From Nemertoderma westbladi (taxonomy: Eukaryota > Animalia > Xenacoelomorpha), in NCBI GenBank assembly GCA_032718475.1, contig JAUCBJ010006112.1:1-61511 (forward strand): a stretch of DNA of 61,511 bases. The letters are read 5' to 3'. The notes beneath the pieces are model-generated. The model saw only the letters and a list, made by a program, of their open reading frames with translations, did no database searches and had not been told where the DNA came from. This document shows, piece after piece, positions 1 through 11,562 of this stretch; position 1 is the stretch's first letter, and each line of letters starts with the position of its first letter. Made by a program: the position numbers and the translations under genes.

Positions 1-1340
1 GGGGTGGCTGTGTGGTGTACGTACGTACATGTATAAGTAGTGTGGGGGGCTGTGTCGTGAACGTCCGTACACATGTATCAGTAGTGTGGGGGGCTGTGTG
101 GTGAACGTACGTACATGTATCAGTAGTGTGAGGGGGCTGTGTGGTGAACGTCCGTACATGTATCAGTAGTGTGGGGGGCTGTGTGGTGAACGTACGTACA
201 TGTATCAGTGTTGGGGGGGGGGCTGTGTGGTGTACGTACGTTACATGTATCAGTAGTGTGGGGGGCTGTGTGGTGAACGTACGTACATGTATCAGTAGTG
301 TGGGGGGCTGTGTGGTGTACGTACGTACATGTATCAGTAGTGTGGGGTGGCTGTGTGGTGTACGTACGTACATGTATAAGTAGTGTGGGGGGCTGTGTCG
401 TGAACGTCCGTACACATGTATCAGTAGTGTGGGGGGCTGTGTGGTGAACGTACGTACATGTATCAGTAGTGTGGGGGGCTGTGTGGTGTACGTACGTTAC
501 ATGTATCAGTAGTGTGGGGGGCTGTGTGGTGAACGTACGTACATGTATCAGTAGTGTGGGGGGCTGTGTGGTGTACGTACGTACATGTATCAGTAGTGTG
601 GGGTGGCTGTGTGGTGTACGTACGTACATGTATAAGTAGTGTGGGGGGCTGTGTGGTGAACGTCCGTACACATGTATCAGTAGTGTGGGGGGCTGTGTGG
701 TGAACGTACGTACATGTATCAGTAGTGTGGGGGCTGTGTGGTGAACGTACGTACATGTATCAGTAGTGTGGGGGGCTGTGTGGTGAACGTCCGTACACAT
801 GTATCAGTAGTGTGGGGGGCTGTGTGGTGAACGTACGTACATGTATCAGTAGTGTGGGGGGCTGTGTGGTGAACGTCCGTACACATGTATCAGTAGTGTG
901 GGGGGCTGTGTGGTGAACGTCCGTACATGTATCAGTAGTGTGGGGGGCTGTGTGGTGAACGTACGTACATGTATCAGTAGTGTGGGGGGCTGTGTGGTGA
1001 ACGTCCGTACATGTATCAGTAGTGGGGGGGGGGGGGGGGGGGGGCTGTGTGGTGTACGTACGTTACATGTATCAGTAGTGTGGGGGGCTGTGTGGTGAAC
1101 CTCCGTACATGTATCAGTAGTGTGGGAGGCTGTGTGGTGAACGTCCGTACACATGTATCAGTAGTGTGGGGGGCTGTGTGGTGAACGTACGTACATGTAT
1201 CAGTAGTGTGGGGGGCTGTGTGGTGAACCTCCGTACATGTATCAGTAGTGTGGGGGGCTGTGTGTGTGTGGTTTACGTACGTAGAACATGTATCAGTAGT
1301 GTGGGGGGGCTGTGTGGTGTACGTACGTACCGTACAATCA
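1..1340 (-). repeat. 42(-44)-bp minisatellite, ~31 copies, truncated by the window edge; derived from the 3' end of exon 1493-1346
   Basis: Plus-strand unit gtatcagtagtgtggggggctgtgtggtgaacgtacgtacat. The minus strand reads ACACAGCCCCCCACACTACTGATACAT-GTACGT, versus the exon end ATACAGCCGCCCACATTACTGATGCACAG|GTAGGT. Confidence 0.92.
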
Positions 1341-1345
1341 CCTAC

Positions 1346-1493
1346 CTGTGCATCAGTAATGTGGGCGGCTGTATATTGGACGACCCCGATACATCTATTG
1401 TTTTCGCCCTTTCGAGATTAGCGCGAGGTTTGTCCATCGGTTTATGGTGTCTCTTTAAATCAACACCTTCTTCTCGACTTCTGCCTCCATTAC
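1346..1493 (-). CDS. Internal coding exon (148 nt), probably the WDR7 exon that follows 33480-33336
   Basis: gttttag|GTAATG...CACAG|gtaggt. Only the phase-1 frame is open (GNGGRSREEGVDLKRHHKPMDKPRANLERAKTIDVSGSSNIQPPTLLMH), matching the phase-1 end of the WDR7 exon at 33336. The peptide would fall in a poorly conserved WDR7 region, so homology is not recognisable. Confidence 0.6.
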
Positions 1494-1899
1494 CTAAAAC
1501 CAATTACAGGGAATCTGATATGCCGTAGAGATTGATTAACTCTAGGATTGCCCGGTACGGAGACGTCAGGAAACGCCCTAGGCTTACTCGCCTAGGTGTA
1601 TATGATACACAAATGAGTTTTAAACATTTACCATCTAATGGTAAACCAATCAACCACCATCTACCTACAACACTACAGGCTATATCACTTCTCGGACTGT
1701 ATTAGATTCCCAGGAAGGTGATTTAGAAACTGCGGGAAACAGAGTTGCGATCGGGCACTAATTGAATCGCTGAAAAGGGAACATAGATAATTGACTTCAA
1801 AATAAAAAATGCCTGGAGAATGAAATGGTAATAAGTTTGTATGGGACCTACTATAGGAGCTGATAATGCCATTGTAGTAAATTACTTTGTTCAGAAGCA

Positions 1900-1965
1900 C
1901 AGCGCTGGTTCAACCCTAAGAGACATCACGTCCTTCAACAATTTTTTCACTTCTGAACAAACTAG
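1900..1965 (+). mobile_element. Short tRNA-derived SINE-like repeat fragment (related copies at ~36540-36645 minus and ~38655-38720 plus)
   Basis: The segment gctggttcaaccc...acgt.cttc...ttctgaacaaa is shared by three places; GGTTCAACCC is B-box-like. Confidence 0.45.
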
Positions 1966-2741
1966 TTAATAACAGAGTAGGCCGGTGTCGTCATTTATAA
2001 ATGTAAAAGTATTTTAAATAGATCTGTTTCACACCTTTATGCTTATTAGTATTGCCAATATTTGAAACATCCAGGAGCTATAAATAGAGTTGATGTATCA
2101 ACTCGATATATTGATACCGAATAAATGAATTGACATGCACAATAAGGTTCCATATAGATCCAACACCAGCGACCCGATTACGAAATTTTATTTGAAAACT
2201 AATGAGGCTTATTGTAAGAATTATTCAAAGAAGTAAACAAGGTTGTGGATATTTAACTAAACTTTAATTATTAACATTATAAATTCCAAACTAAAACAAT
2301 ATAAACTGTCCCTGTAAGTGATCAAATAAACGAACAACAATCGGTTTGAACCAAGATAAGAATTACAAACAATGTAAAATACAACTGTGCTTCTCGTAGT
2401 TGTGCTAACCTTCGCCGTATTGCTAATTAATTTATGTGGTTCATATGATCTCAATAAACTAAATAAGTCACATGTATTTAGCAATGTTAGTTACGCCCCT
2501 TGTCCTTCTGAGTGTAGGTGGAAGTTAGAATTTTGTACTGAACTAATTGATTGTCGTTTACGTATAAGCAATGTTGATAATATTTCACAAGATGAAATTT
2601 CAGAACTATTAAATTACATATCTGTTAACTGATTAATTAATGCATGCACCATTTGTCGCCGTTTGATAGTTTATATGGTCTGTATCACCGTTCAATATAT
2701 TATAATATGTCTATTATTAACTAATTAATTACTTATATTAA

Positions 2742-4150
2742 CCCTATTACCACTGGGGTGTTTTGACCATTAGCACCACTGGGGGGGGGGGGGGGGCCGA
2801 TTCGGCCCACCCACTATATTTTTGTAGTCGTCCAATGAAATCCTACAAAATTTGGGCTGTTGGTGAAACAACTATAGATGAACACTACCAAACCTTAAAA
2901 AGTTAAAATTTCATAAGCAGGGACTCATAATTTTGATGAAAAATAAAAGTAGTCCCAGGACAAAGTTACAAAATTTTTCGTTTTCTAAAAACTTATAGTG
3001 TGGCAGTGTTGGCTAGATTTAGTAGGTTTTTCAAGACGCTGAATCGAATGTGATTATATTCCACTTCCAAAAATTGAAGTGGATGCTATTTTTCGTGCAC
3101 CTAAGAAGTGGGCGTGGCACTTCAAATTTTGAAAAATTAGATATTCAGAAAATGCCCCTAATTTTTTTATTTCAACGCATCTTTATGGGTTTTCTGGGCC
3201 GCTGAATCGATTGAAAGTAATATAGAAGCCTGAAGACTGAGTGGTTCGCCATTTTTGGTGCACCAAAAATAGGGCGTGGCACTTCAAATTTTGAAAAATA
3301 TGAGATTCGGAAAATACACTAAAGTTTTGATTTGCAAAGCATTTTTATAGGTTTTCTGGAGCGCTGAATCGATTGAAAGTAATATAGAAGCCTGAAGACT
3401 TAGAAGTTAGCCATTGCCTTTAGTGTTTTTTCCGAATAAAGTAATTTTGAAAATTTGAAGTGCCACGCCCTAATTTTGGTGCACCGAAAATTACGTACAC
3501 AAAGGATTTGAGGCTTCTATATTACTTTCAATCGATTCAGCGCTCCAGAAAACCTATAAAATTAATTTAAATTCAAAACTTTAGTGAATTTTCCGAATCT
3601 CGTATTTTTCAAAATTTGAAGTGCCACGCCCTAATTTTGGTGCACCAAAAATGGCGAACCACTAAGTCTTCAGGCTTCTATATTACTTTCAATCGATTCA
3701 GCGCTCCAGAAAACCTATAAAAATGCTTCGAAATCAGAACTTTAGTAAATTTTCCGAATAAAATAATTTTGAAATTTTAAAGTGCCACGCCCTAAATTTG
3801 GTGCTCCAAAAATGACGTACCACTACACTTACATGCTTGTATAGAGCATTAGAGTGATCCAAACCAATAAAAATAAATAAAAATAGCCCAAACATAAATA
3901 ATTACTAAATCACGAATGATTTTGTAAAATTCGAAAATTTCAAAAATTTTGGTGCTGGAGACCAAATTTTGAGGTGGCACCCACATCGAAAAGTAGAAAT
4001 CCAATTGCAACGGCGTTTTTTGCAAAAGATGCAGCATTAAATTTGGCTAATTCTCACAAAAAATTGGGCCGGTACGTAATGTGGTTGCATAGTTACAGCA
4101 ACTAAAATCTAGGAAGGGGCCGATTCGGGCCCCCCCCAGTGGTAATAGGG
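2742..4150. mobile_element. piggyBac-type non-autonomous element (MITE) with internal inverted subrepeats
   Basis: TTAA|CCCTATTACCACTGGGG ... CCCCAGTGGTAATAGGG|TTAA: terminal inverted repeats starting CCC with TTAA on both sides. Internal ~160-180 bp blocks (gggcgtggcacttcaaattttgaaaa) recur in both orientations. Confidence 0.88.
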
Positions 4151-4997
4151 TTAACATTTTAACGTAGTGCTGTACTGTCAGTATCTTTTCTGTCATGTAT
4201 GAATAATAATAATATTTATCCATATTAATTGATCTAAAATGGAATGCACACTGCAAACACACAGAAACCAAAAAGAATGTCACTAGCAAATGTAAAATAG
4301 AAGTGATGAGGGAAAGAAAGTGTAGTAAATCGATGCTCAAAAAATTAATCTTCATTGATCAAAATATGAAAATTATATTATTAAATAGATTATACAGGTA
4401 CCCCGAGGGCCCCACACAAATTGCTCCTGGTTCCACCGAAGTTTCCCCAGGGCGGGTTATTGGGAATAGTTTTCAATTAGCAATAATCGCGCCTCGGTTA
4501 AACCTCATCGGCTACGATACTGCCTCTGCGCAAAGATACATTTGATGAAACGACAAAACTTCTTATCTAACCAATTTACTTACTATAGTGGTATTTAGTG
4601 ATGTCTCCTAATATATAAAAAATATAATTATCTCTAACTCTAAATAAATTATAAAAACATGGTTATAATTATTATTATATTTTTCGTCTTTGATAAAATA
4701 AAATAACATAACAAAGAAAAAATATTAAATAATAAAATAACGACTTCTAATTTGAAATAAAATACCAATCGTCGAACTTTTCATATTGATGATATCAGCT
4801 GATAATTCCACACAAATGCCACCAGCTTGTTAGCCAGTTACGGCTACCGATGTAACGGTAACGTACTGCTGTACTGCTATACTGCTGTACTGTACTTCTG
4901 TACTTAGTGTACTACGCCTACCTGACTACCTTTCCTGCTACCCATACCGGTGATAGGTTGGCCTTATTTTTGTGGTGCCTAATTGCCTCCCTCCTGG

Positions 4998-5849
4998 ATG
5001 ACACATACGAGCGGGACATCCAAAGGTTCGGACACGGAGAGCGTCCAGGAATTCCAATCGGAGAACAATAACGGACAGTCGCGAACAATCCGAATTAAAC
5101 TTCCTCCTCCACTAATCCACATCCTACAAACCGACAGTCACGAGATACAAACCCTCGGACATCTTATCAAATTACCGGCCTCCATAACCATCGCCAAAAT
5201 CCTTGAGGATTACGTCCAATACTTCGCCAAAGTCATAATTCCTTCGTGGAAGAACCGTTCCGTATCTAAGACGGTTCTGGAACACGATATCCCTTTGCCT
5301 CCGGAGCGGAAATTGAGTCTGTGTAAGGATGTAGTGGAAGGAATTCGGATATACTTCGATTTCGCTTTGCCACTTATACTTTTATACAACTCGGAACTCG
5401 ATCAGTACAAACGGTTGTCCCAAAACACGACAAGTTCCTCCGAAACTCCCGACGATTCTCGTCGGAAACTCCGCCGGCGCAGCGCGAGACTCACCGTGGG
5501 AATCGAAGCGCCGCCCGCCAAGTCTCCGCGAGTTGCGGAAGAGTCCGTCGCCCAGCCACCACCGGACCTATCCCCGCACCCAGAGCTCTTTGGTTGGTCA
5601 CTGTACCCCGATAGTTTCCAGGGTCCCACCCCGCCCTGCACCCTCTACGGGGCCACACATCTGCTCCGACTGTTCGTTAAGCTACCCGGTTTACTTTGCC
5701 GATCCCAGCTCTCGGACAGTCGTTCACGGATCGTCTGTCGCCACATCGACCAGTTCCTCAAGTATTTAGTCGCCAATGCGGATCAGTTATTCCCGGACGA
5801 TAATTATATGAAATCGAATAAACGGCCCAACGTTACTTTCTGCCAATGA
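4998..5849 (+). CDS. MSL3: MSL3-like MRG-domain protein, intronless, no chromo-barrel domain visible
   Basis: Motifs IKLPASITIAKILEDYV, LCKDVVEGIRIYFDFALPLILLY, FGWSLYPDS...PPCTLYGATHLLRLFVKLP and IDQFLKYL...LFP match the MSL3-type MRG domain. First ATG is at 4998 (the track ORF opens at TTG 4983). Confidence 0.85.
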   Translation: MTHTSGTSKGSDTESVQEFQSENNNGQSRTIRIKLPPPLIHILQTDSHEIQTLGHLIKLPASITIAKILEDYVQYFAKVIIPSWKNRSVSKTVLEHDIPLPPERKLSLCKDVVEGIRIYFDFALPLILLYNSELDQYKRLSQNTTSSSETPDDSRRKLRRRSARLTVGIEAPPAKSPRVAEESVAQPPPDLSPHPELFGWSLYPDSFQGPTPPCTLYGATHLLRLFVKLPGLLCRSQLSDSRSRIVCRHIDQFLKYLVANADQLFPDDNYMKSNKRPNVTFCQ

Positions 5850-6088
5850 TAGTAGTTTGTTATAGTCCAAGTGGCTACGCTAAAAATTGCTGACGCGAAG
5901 TGTACAGATTAACTATCGGGTGTAAATATTTAAAAACACATTAAAAACTTATTCAAGCGAAATTTTAATTGGTTTATTACATCGGTAATTTTTATTTTGC
6001 CACTTTGCCTAGTGTCTCGACTTTATTATATCATCAGATACTGTACTTTACTTTAAACAACTTCTAACAATAATTCCTTTCCTCCGAT

Positions 6089-6748
6089 ATGCCTAAGATA
6101 ATATCCTCCAGCGTTGTTGTTCAGGACAGTAAGGAACGAGAGGAAGGTAAAATAGAATCCCCATTACACGTCTATTACTGTCTGTGCGGACAGATGTCGC
6201 TGATAATAGACCTTCCGATCGATCAGCTGCCGGCGAGAATACGTGACGGCGCCCGAGTAATAGACGCGGCCAAACGGGCCAATAAAGTCACCTGCGACAA
6301 GGGGGAGACAGTGTTCCTAACGAGGTCGCACGAGGGCGTGGAACGACAGTTCCGCAAGGTGTGTACAAAGTGCGGACTCGCTTTGTTCTACCAGCACGTG
6401 GAACGGAATCCATCCGCGACGTTTATCATCCCGGGGTCTTTATACCGCGCTGGGGAAGGCCCCTTAGCCTCAGTTGGTTTCTACGGCCCGTCCGATGACA
6501 CCTCCAAACGAACCCACATCACTAAGCGAATCAAAGACATGGGTAAGTTTAGTTCGGTGACAGTGAGTACAATGGACGAGGAAGAGATTGAGTTGGAGGC
6601 TAGAGAAGTCGCCGATTCGTTCGCGGAGAACGCGAGAGTCATACAGAAGCAACTCGCTCGGAAAGGGATGCTGAAACGTGAACACGATGATTACGAACTA
6701 ACTGATGTTGCTAAGAAAGTGAAAGGAACTCTCATTGACAAGGAATAA
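6089..6748 (+). CDS. STEEP1: STING ER exit protein / CXorf56 (UPF0428) homolog, intronless
   Basis: MPKIISSSVV, PLHVYYCLCGQMSLIID, EGVERQFRKVCTKCGLALFYQ, KDMGKFSSVTVSTMDEEEIELEAREVADSFAENARVI and KKVKGTLID follow the family along its full length. Confidence 0.93.
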   Translation: MPKIISSSVVVQDSKEREEGKIESPLHVYYCLCGQMSLIIDLPIDQLPARIRDGARVIDAAKRANKVTCDKGETVFLTRSHEGVERQFRKVCTKCGLALFYQHVERNPSATFIIPGSLYRAGEGPLASVGFYGPSDDTSKRTHITKRIKDMGKFSSVTVSTMDEEEIELEAREVADSFAENARVIQKQLARKGMLKREHDDYELTDVAKKVKGTLIDKE

Positions 6749-7226
6749 CCAACTCATTTTATTTATTTAACGTGTAAAACTGAAACATAATATATTCATT
6801 ACTTTAGTATTCTCTCAGTAAAGCCAAGGCAATATATCAATTATGATAATTAAGTATTTTTCCAAAGTAACATTTCAGCCTGTCGTGTCATTACAATAAA
6901 TATGTTATAGCAAACGAAGGAGATGCTGAGATTCCTAAGAGAGTTCTCACATGTTGTGAGATCTGGGCCATTTCGGTCATATTCAACGTCTAACCCATTA
7001 ATTAATGTGGTGCGGGGGTCGTTTCTATGTCTTATCAAGTTCATTCAATTCAATTACAAAAAATTCATCAGAGACCCCCCCAGGGAAAAATGAAAAAAAT
7101 CTTACTTGGTGTTACAGATTCTTTAAATGTACGCAGTAGATTTAAATTATTATTTATTAACATCGTTCTACACAATTATTATACTCTTGGCCAAACATAG
7201 CGTAACTGCTGCGTAAGTGCCAAAAC

Positions 7227-7401
7227 GGGGTGTAAAAGCTACACCGACTACCGACAACCAACGCCGTCAACCATTATTAAAGCTAATTAATGTTATTTAT
7301 TAATTGAGGGAAAGGAACAGGTTACAGTGGACGACGAGTACGAGAGTCCGAACTCAGGTTACATTTTCATATTTTCTGTTGTCGGCGTAGCGTTCACACC
7401 C
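7227..7401. mobile_element. Small MITE with 8-bp target-site duplication
   Basis: GCCAAAAC flanks both sides (7219-7226, 7402-7409). Imperfect TIRs gggtgtaaaagctacaccgac / gtcggcgtagcgttcacaccc. Confidence 0.7.
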
Positions 7402-7476
7402 GCCAAAACTGATTTCGAACAAATTGATGATCAATAGCTCTGATACTTGCGTTACCGAGACTGATTGAGGGAATTA

Positions 7477-8193
7477 AGTCAAACAAACTCCCTGCAGTCC
7501 TGACATTTGTGGACTTCAAGAAGCATTCGACTCAATCCATAGAGGTAAAATGCTGGAAATCCTAAGAGCTTATGGAATACCAGAAGTAATTGTTGCTGGC
7601 ATTGGATTGTTATATTGTGACACAGAAGCACAGGTACTCTCACCAGATGGTGAAACTGAGTTTTTCTCAATCCTGGCTGGCGTACTGCAAGGTGACACAT
7701 TAGCACCATTACTATTTGTAATTGTGCTGGATTACGCATTGAGGACGGCCACAAAGGGTGAAGATCTGGGATTCACACTTCAAGAACGCAGAAGTAGTAG
7801 ATATCCGGCAACTACAGTCACAGACACCGACTTTGCGGGTGACATCGCCCTGCTCTCTAATACGCTAGCAGATGCACAGCTTCTACTGAATAAAGTGGAG
7901 AGGGCTGCTAAGGGGGTTGTATTGCATATGAATGCTACCAAGACCTAATTTAATTAGGTCTTGCCAAATTAGGTCTAATTTATGGAAACTTGACAACAAT
8001 TGACAATGTTCAACTAAGGAAGGTTGACGACTTCCAGTACCTTGGATCGTGGATAGAGTAGCAAAAAAAGTCAGAAGCTAGGAGAGTAGAGGCATGGGTA
8101 GCGAAATTGCGACAACTATGGAGAATCGGGAAGCCTGGAAGGATCTCATTTCCGCTGTCTGAGTTCACTCGACCTAGTAGTAGTAGTAGTAGT
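7477..8193 (+). mobile_element. 5'-truncated, degraded RTE-clade LINE with (TAG)n tail
   Basis: RT motifs FVDFKKAFDS, GVLQGDTLAPLLFVIVLDYALR, DTDFAGDIALL (FADD mutated) and VDDFQYLGSW. Ends in tagtagtagtagtagtag. Confidence 0.9.
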
Positions 8194-9241
8194 ACGCAAT
8201 GCTACATTACCTCAGATTTAAAAAGAGACATAAGTCGTTGCGACCATTTGAAGAAAAGTTATTAAATTTTTTATAACATTTACATAATGTTGTGGATCAC
8301 CAATTACTACATATTTCACTTTGCAGATGATTAAACGCGCTATTTCCAGGTACAGAAGGCGAAATCTATATTAAACGCTAACGAATGAGCTGATAGCGGT
8401 TCCTTATAAACTAAGAGAGAGATAAATTAACCAGGGGGAGGGGGGGGGGGGGGGGGTGCTTATACCGGCGGTCTAACCACTTGGCAATCTGAACCCATTA
8501 TCGGTGCACGGTGTGCCCTGCACCGCATCCTGGTGTTGTAGGTATAGGCAGGCATACTATGCCTATGATATGCAACATAATTAATCTCAGACTTATTCAG
8601 CAGCGCGGTCTCTCTCGGCCATGGAAAACGAAGAATACAATAATATGATTACACTGGCACGGCAATCAATCAACAGGGAACTGAAAAAGTAAAAATAAAT
8701 ACCAAATTAAAGTCAGTCAATTTTAATAGTATGACATAATATAGGTGGGAAATTTGATTTTGTAGAAGCAGTTTGTTGTGGAACGCCGCATAGGCATGGC
8801 ATGTAATAATTCTGTAATTGAGACTGTGGATTACACTACACTGTATAGGTAGAACGTTTATTTTTAGGGTACATAATGTAAGCAGTGACCAGTGCAGTGT
8901 GTAAGCTTAGCTCTTTTTTCAAGTGCAAAATTATCTATCGCAATACCAACTCACCAAGTCAGATTATCTTCTTAAGAAGTGCTATAGTGTAGTGACTTAA
9001 TTTCGTTAATTTTTTGCCGCCCGCTATCACTGCTATCAGGCTATAAATAGCCACTACCATACCAACTACTAAATAAATAGTAAATATATTAAATTGAGTC
9101 ATGTTCATCAACTAACTGTATAACTGCTTTGGTTTTCAATAATAATTATGAATATAATATCTCCTTCCCAATCAGCCAAAAATGCTAAATACAAGTTAAG
9201 TTACCGGTAGTTTTTACATTACCGGTAGGTTTTTACTATAA

Positions 9242-9811
9242 ATGAATGACAGCAATAAGAACAAATCCCAAACAATACAATTGTGTTTCTGCGCTTTCGG
9301 ATTAGTTTTTGGAGGATTCTATGCGTTGGCTTGGCCTTTCGTTGCCCCAGGTTTTAAACGTATTGCCCTCCCTTACGTTCCAGCCACTGATAGACAAGTT
9401 AGCAGCGTTATTAAGGTTCTTAATAAACACGGCCGATCGGGGAACCTTGTTGACCTGGGTAGCGGAGATGGAAGGATAGTTATTGCCGCGGCTCGGAATA
9501 ACTTCCACGCAATCGGACTCGAATTAAACCCTTGGCTCGTACTTTACTCGAGATTTCAGTCGAAGAGACTCCGCCTTAGCGGTTCAGCGCGTTTTCGGCG
9601 AGAAAATATTTGGAAGTCGGATTTGCGTGAGTTCGATAATGTGGTTGTATTCGGCGTCGAGCCTATGATGAACCCGTTGCAAACAAAGTTAATGAGCGAA
9701 TTAAAGAAAGGAAGTTTCGTTGTTTCTTGCCGATTTCCGATGAGGAATTGGAAATGTTATGATCGCTTTGGTTCTACAGGGTTTGACGGAGTCTGGGTTT
9801 ATAAGGTTTAA
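9242..9811 (+). CDS. ATPSCKMT: FAM173-family mitochondrial lysine methyltransferase (ATPSCKMT/ANTKMT-like), intronless
   Basis: N-terminal TM segment, then [54 protein letters not shown] and VSCRFP. The paralog (FAM173A vs FAM173B) cannot be resolved by eye. Confidence 0.85.
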   Translation: MNDSNKNKSQTIQLCFCAFGLVFGGFYALAWPFVAPGFKRIALPYVPATDRQVSSVIKVLNKHGRSGNLVDLGSGDGRIVIAAARNNFHAIGLELNPWLVLYSRFQSKRLRLSGSARFRRENIWKSDLREFDNVVVFGVEPMMNPLQTKLMSELKKGSFVVSCRFPMRNWKCYDRFGSTGFDGVWVYKV

Positions 9812-9888
9812 CTAATCTATTTGTATTCTCTCGTTCCTCTGTATAGTATATAGTAATCACCTTTACTGGCTCTACAATTTAGTAATTA

Positions 9889-10845
9889 ATGGCCAGATTT
9901 TTACAGCACCCAGTGTTCTGGGGTTGTTCCGCTTTGGGACTCGGGTTGACCACCTTAACATCTATAACTCGCGGCCCGAACAATAAATCCGGAGCGGCCG
10001 ACTACCTCGGCAAGACTATCGTTATAACCGGGGCGACGTCGGGTGTAGGTTCCGCCACGGCCTTGGAATCTGCGAAACGCGGAGCCAAGGTTGTCCTCGT
10101 CGCGCGGGAACCAAAACGGTGTCGGCAGATCGCCAAACGTATAACCGAGGCAACACAGAACCCGGAGGTATCCTGCGTCGACTGCGATCTAACATCCTTC
10201 GCTTCGATACGGGAATGCGCCGCTCAGTTGAACAAACTACCTCGTCTGGACGTTCTGGTGAACAACGCCGGGGTTATGTTGCAACCTGACAGTCGGACGG
10301 AAGACGGACACGAAATCCACATACAAACGAACTACCTCGGTCGTGTTCTGTTAACGCATCTTCTGCTCCCGAGCCTTAAACGCTCGCAACCATCCCGTGT
10401 AGTGAACCTCGCGTGCAGCTCATACAAACGCGGGGAGATCGACTTGTCCGATATGCTTTCCTGCGAGACGAGCGTCTGGCAACCCAACCCGGACGTATCA
10501 ACCTCCGCTAGTAACCTCGCGTCCATCCTCTGGACGCGACTTCTAGCCGAGTCTTTGACTGACTCCGGTGTAACTGTTAATGCAGTTGATCCCGGGTTAG
10601 TTTCTAACTACGCCGCGAAGGAAAGGAGGCAGTCCTGGATCGCGTTGCCGATACGAATGGTACTGGGGAGGCCCCCGAAGAAAGCCGCCCAAACTGTGCT
10701 GTACGCCTCGGTGAACCCGGAAGTGACGTCAGTTACAGGGAAACTGCTCTATAATTGCGGGCAAAAGGAGTTGACGCCAAGAGCGATGGATGAGGTGGTT
10801 GCTAAGCGATTGTGGAACCGCACAATGGATGTACTTAGACTCTAA
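9889..10845 (+). CDS. Retinol dehydrogenase-like SDR (RDH11-14 type), intronless, catalytic YxxxK absent
   Basis: TGATSGVG Rossmann motif, CDLTSFASIR, LDVLVNNAGVM, QTNYLGRVLLTHLLL and GVTVNAVDPGLV. The active-site helix reads TSASNLASILWT instead of YxxSKLANILFT. Confidence 0.88.
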   Translation: MARFLQHPVFWGCSALGLGLTTLTSITRGPNNKSGAADYLGKTIVITGATSGVGSATALESAKRGAKVVLVAREPKRCRQIAKRITEATQNPEVSCVDCDLTSFASIRECAAQLNKLPRLDVLVNNAGVMLQPDSRTEDGHEIHIQTNYLGRVLLTHLLLPSLKRSQPSRVVNLACSSYKRGEIDLSDMLSCETSVWQPNPDVSTSASNLASILWTRLLAESLTDSGVTVNAVDPGLVSNYAAKERRQSWIALPIRMVLGRPPKKAAQTVLYASVNPEVTSVTGKLLYNCGQKELTPRAMDEVVAKRLWNRTMDVLRL

Positions 10846-10984
10846 TTAATTACTGCGGTTGCCGGTTGGTTTTACCTAGATTACAATTTTTCTAATACAA
10901 TGATAATTCGTTAAGCCATAAAATAGAAAGGTTTTTTATTGTTGTCCCCTCGAAATTTCTACAAAATCACAGTTCCTGTAATTG

Positions 10985-11203
10985 GGGTAGGTGTAAAACG
11001 CGGATCCGGATCCGGATTCCAAAATTATCAATTTAGGGAAAGGAGCAGGTTACAGTGGCACAATATTTTAACCAAAACAATAAACTAAAGTCTATAGAAC
11101 AGGTTATAGTTTTATTTTTGAGAGTTATAAAAATGTAAAAAAAATCGTCTTCCGTAGGGACAATGTTAAATGTAGGATCCGGATCCGCGTTTTACTCTGA
11201 CCC
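10985..11203. mobile_element. MITE with 9-bp TSD (Mutator-like)
   Basis: CTGTAATTG occurs directly repeated at 10976-10984 and 11204-11212. TIRs gggtaggtgtaaaacgcggatccggatcc / ggatccggatccgcgttttactctgaccc. Confidence 0.8.
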
Positions 11204-11562
11204 CTGTAATTGGCCGTTCAAGGGCTTAATTAAACCACTCGAATTTGAATCATAGAATATGGTTTGTATAGAAATAGACATGACATGATGAGGGTGCCCT
11301 ACATTATTACTATAGACAAAAAATATTGTACCTAGTGTGTATTGTATCGAGATGGTAAATAATATCGAAGCAGGAATTAGGGCCAGTTTCATTACTACTC
11401 ATCTATAATTATTATTTAAGTTAAAAAATATCAATGGCACCAAAATTTACATTATTTCTTAAAACTAACAAAATAAAGTATAAAAGTATATCGAATGAAT
11501 CGACTGAGCTGGGTTTCAGGAACTTTCCAGCTGTTCATGGGTTTCAGAAACTTTCCAGCTGT

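Noticed and set aside
120-1528. Thr/His/Pro-rich or Val/Gly/Cys-rich ORFs
   Set aside because: Translations of the 42-bp array; the only supported coding part is the spliced exon 1493-1346.
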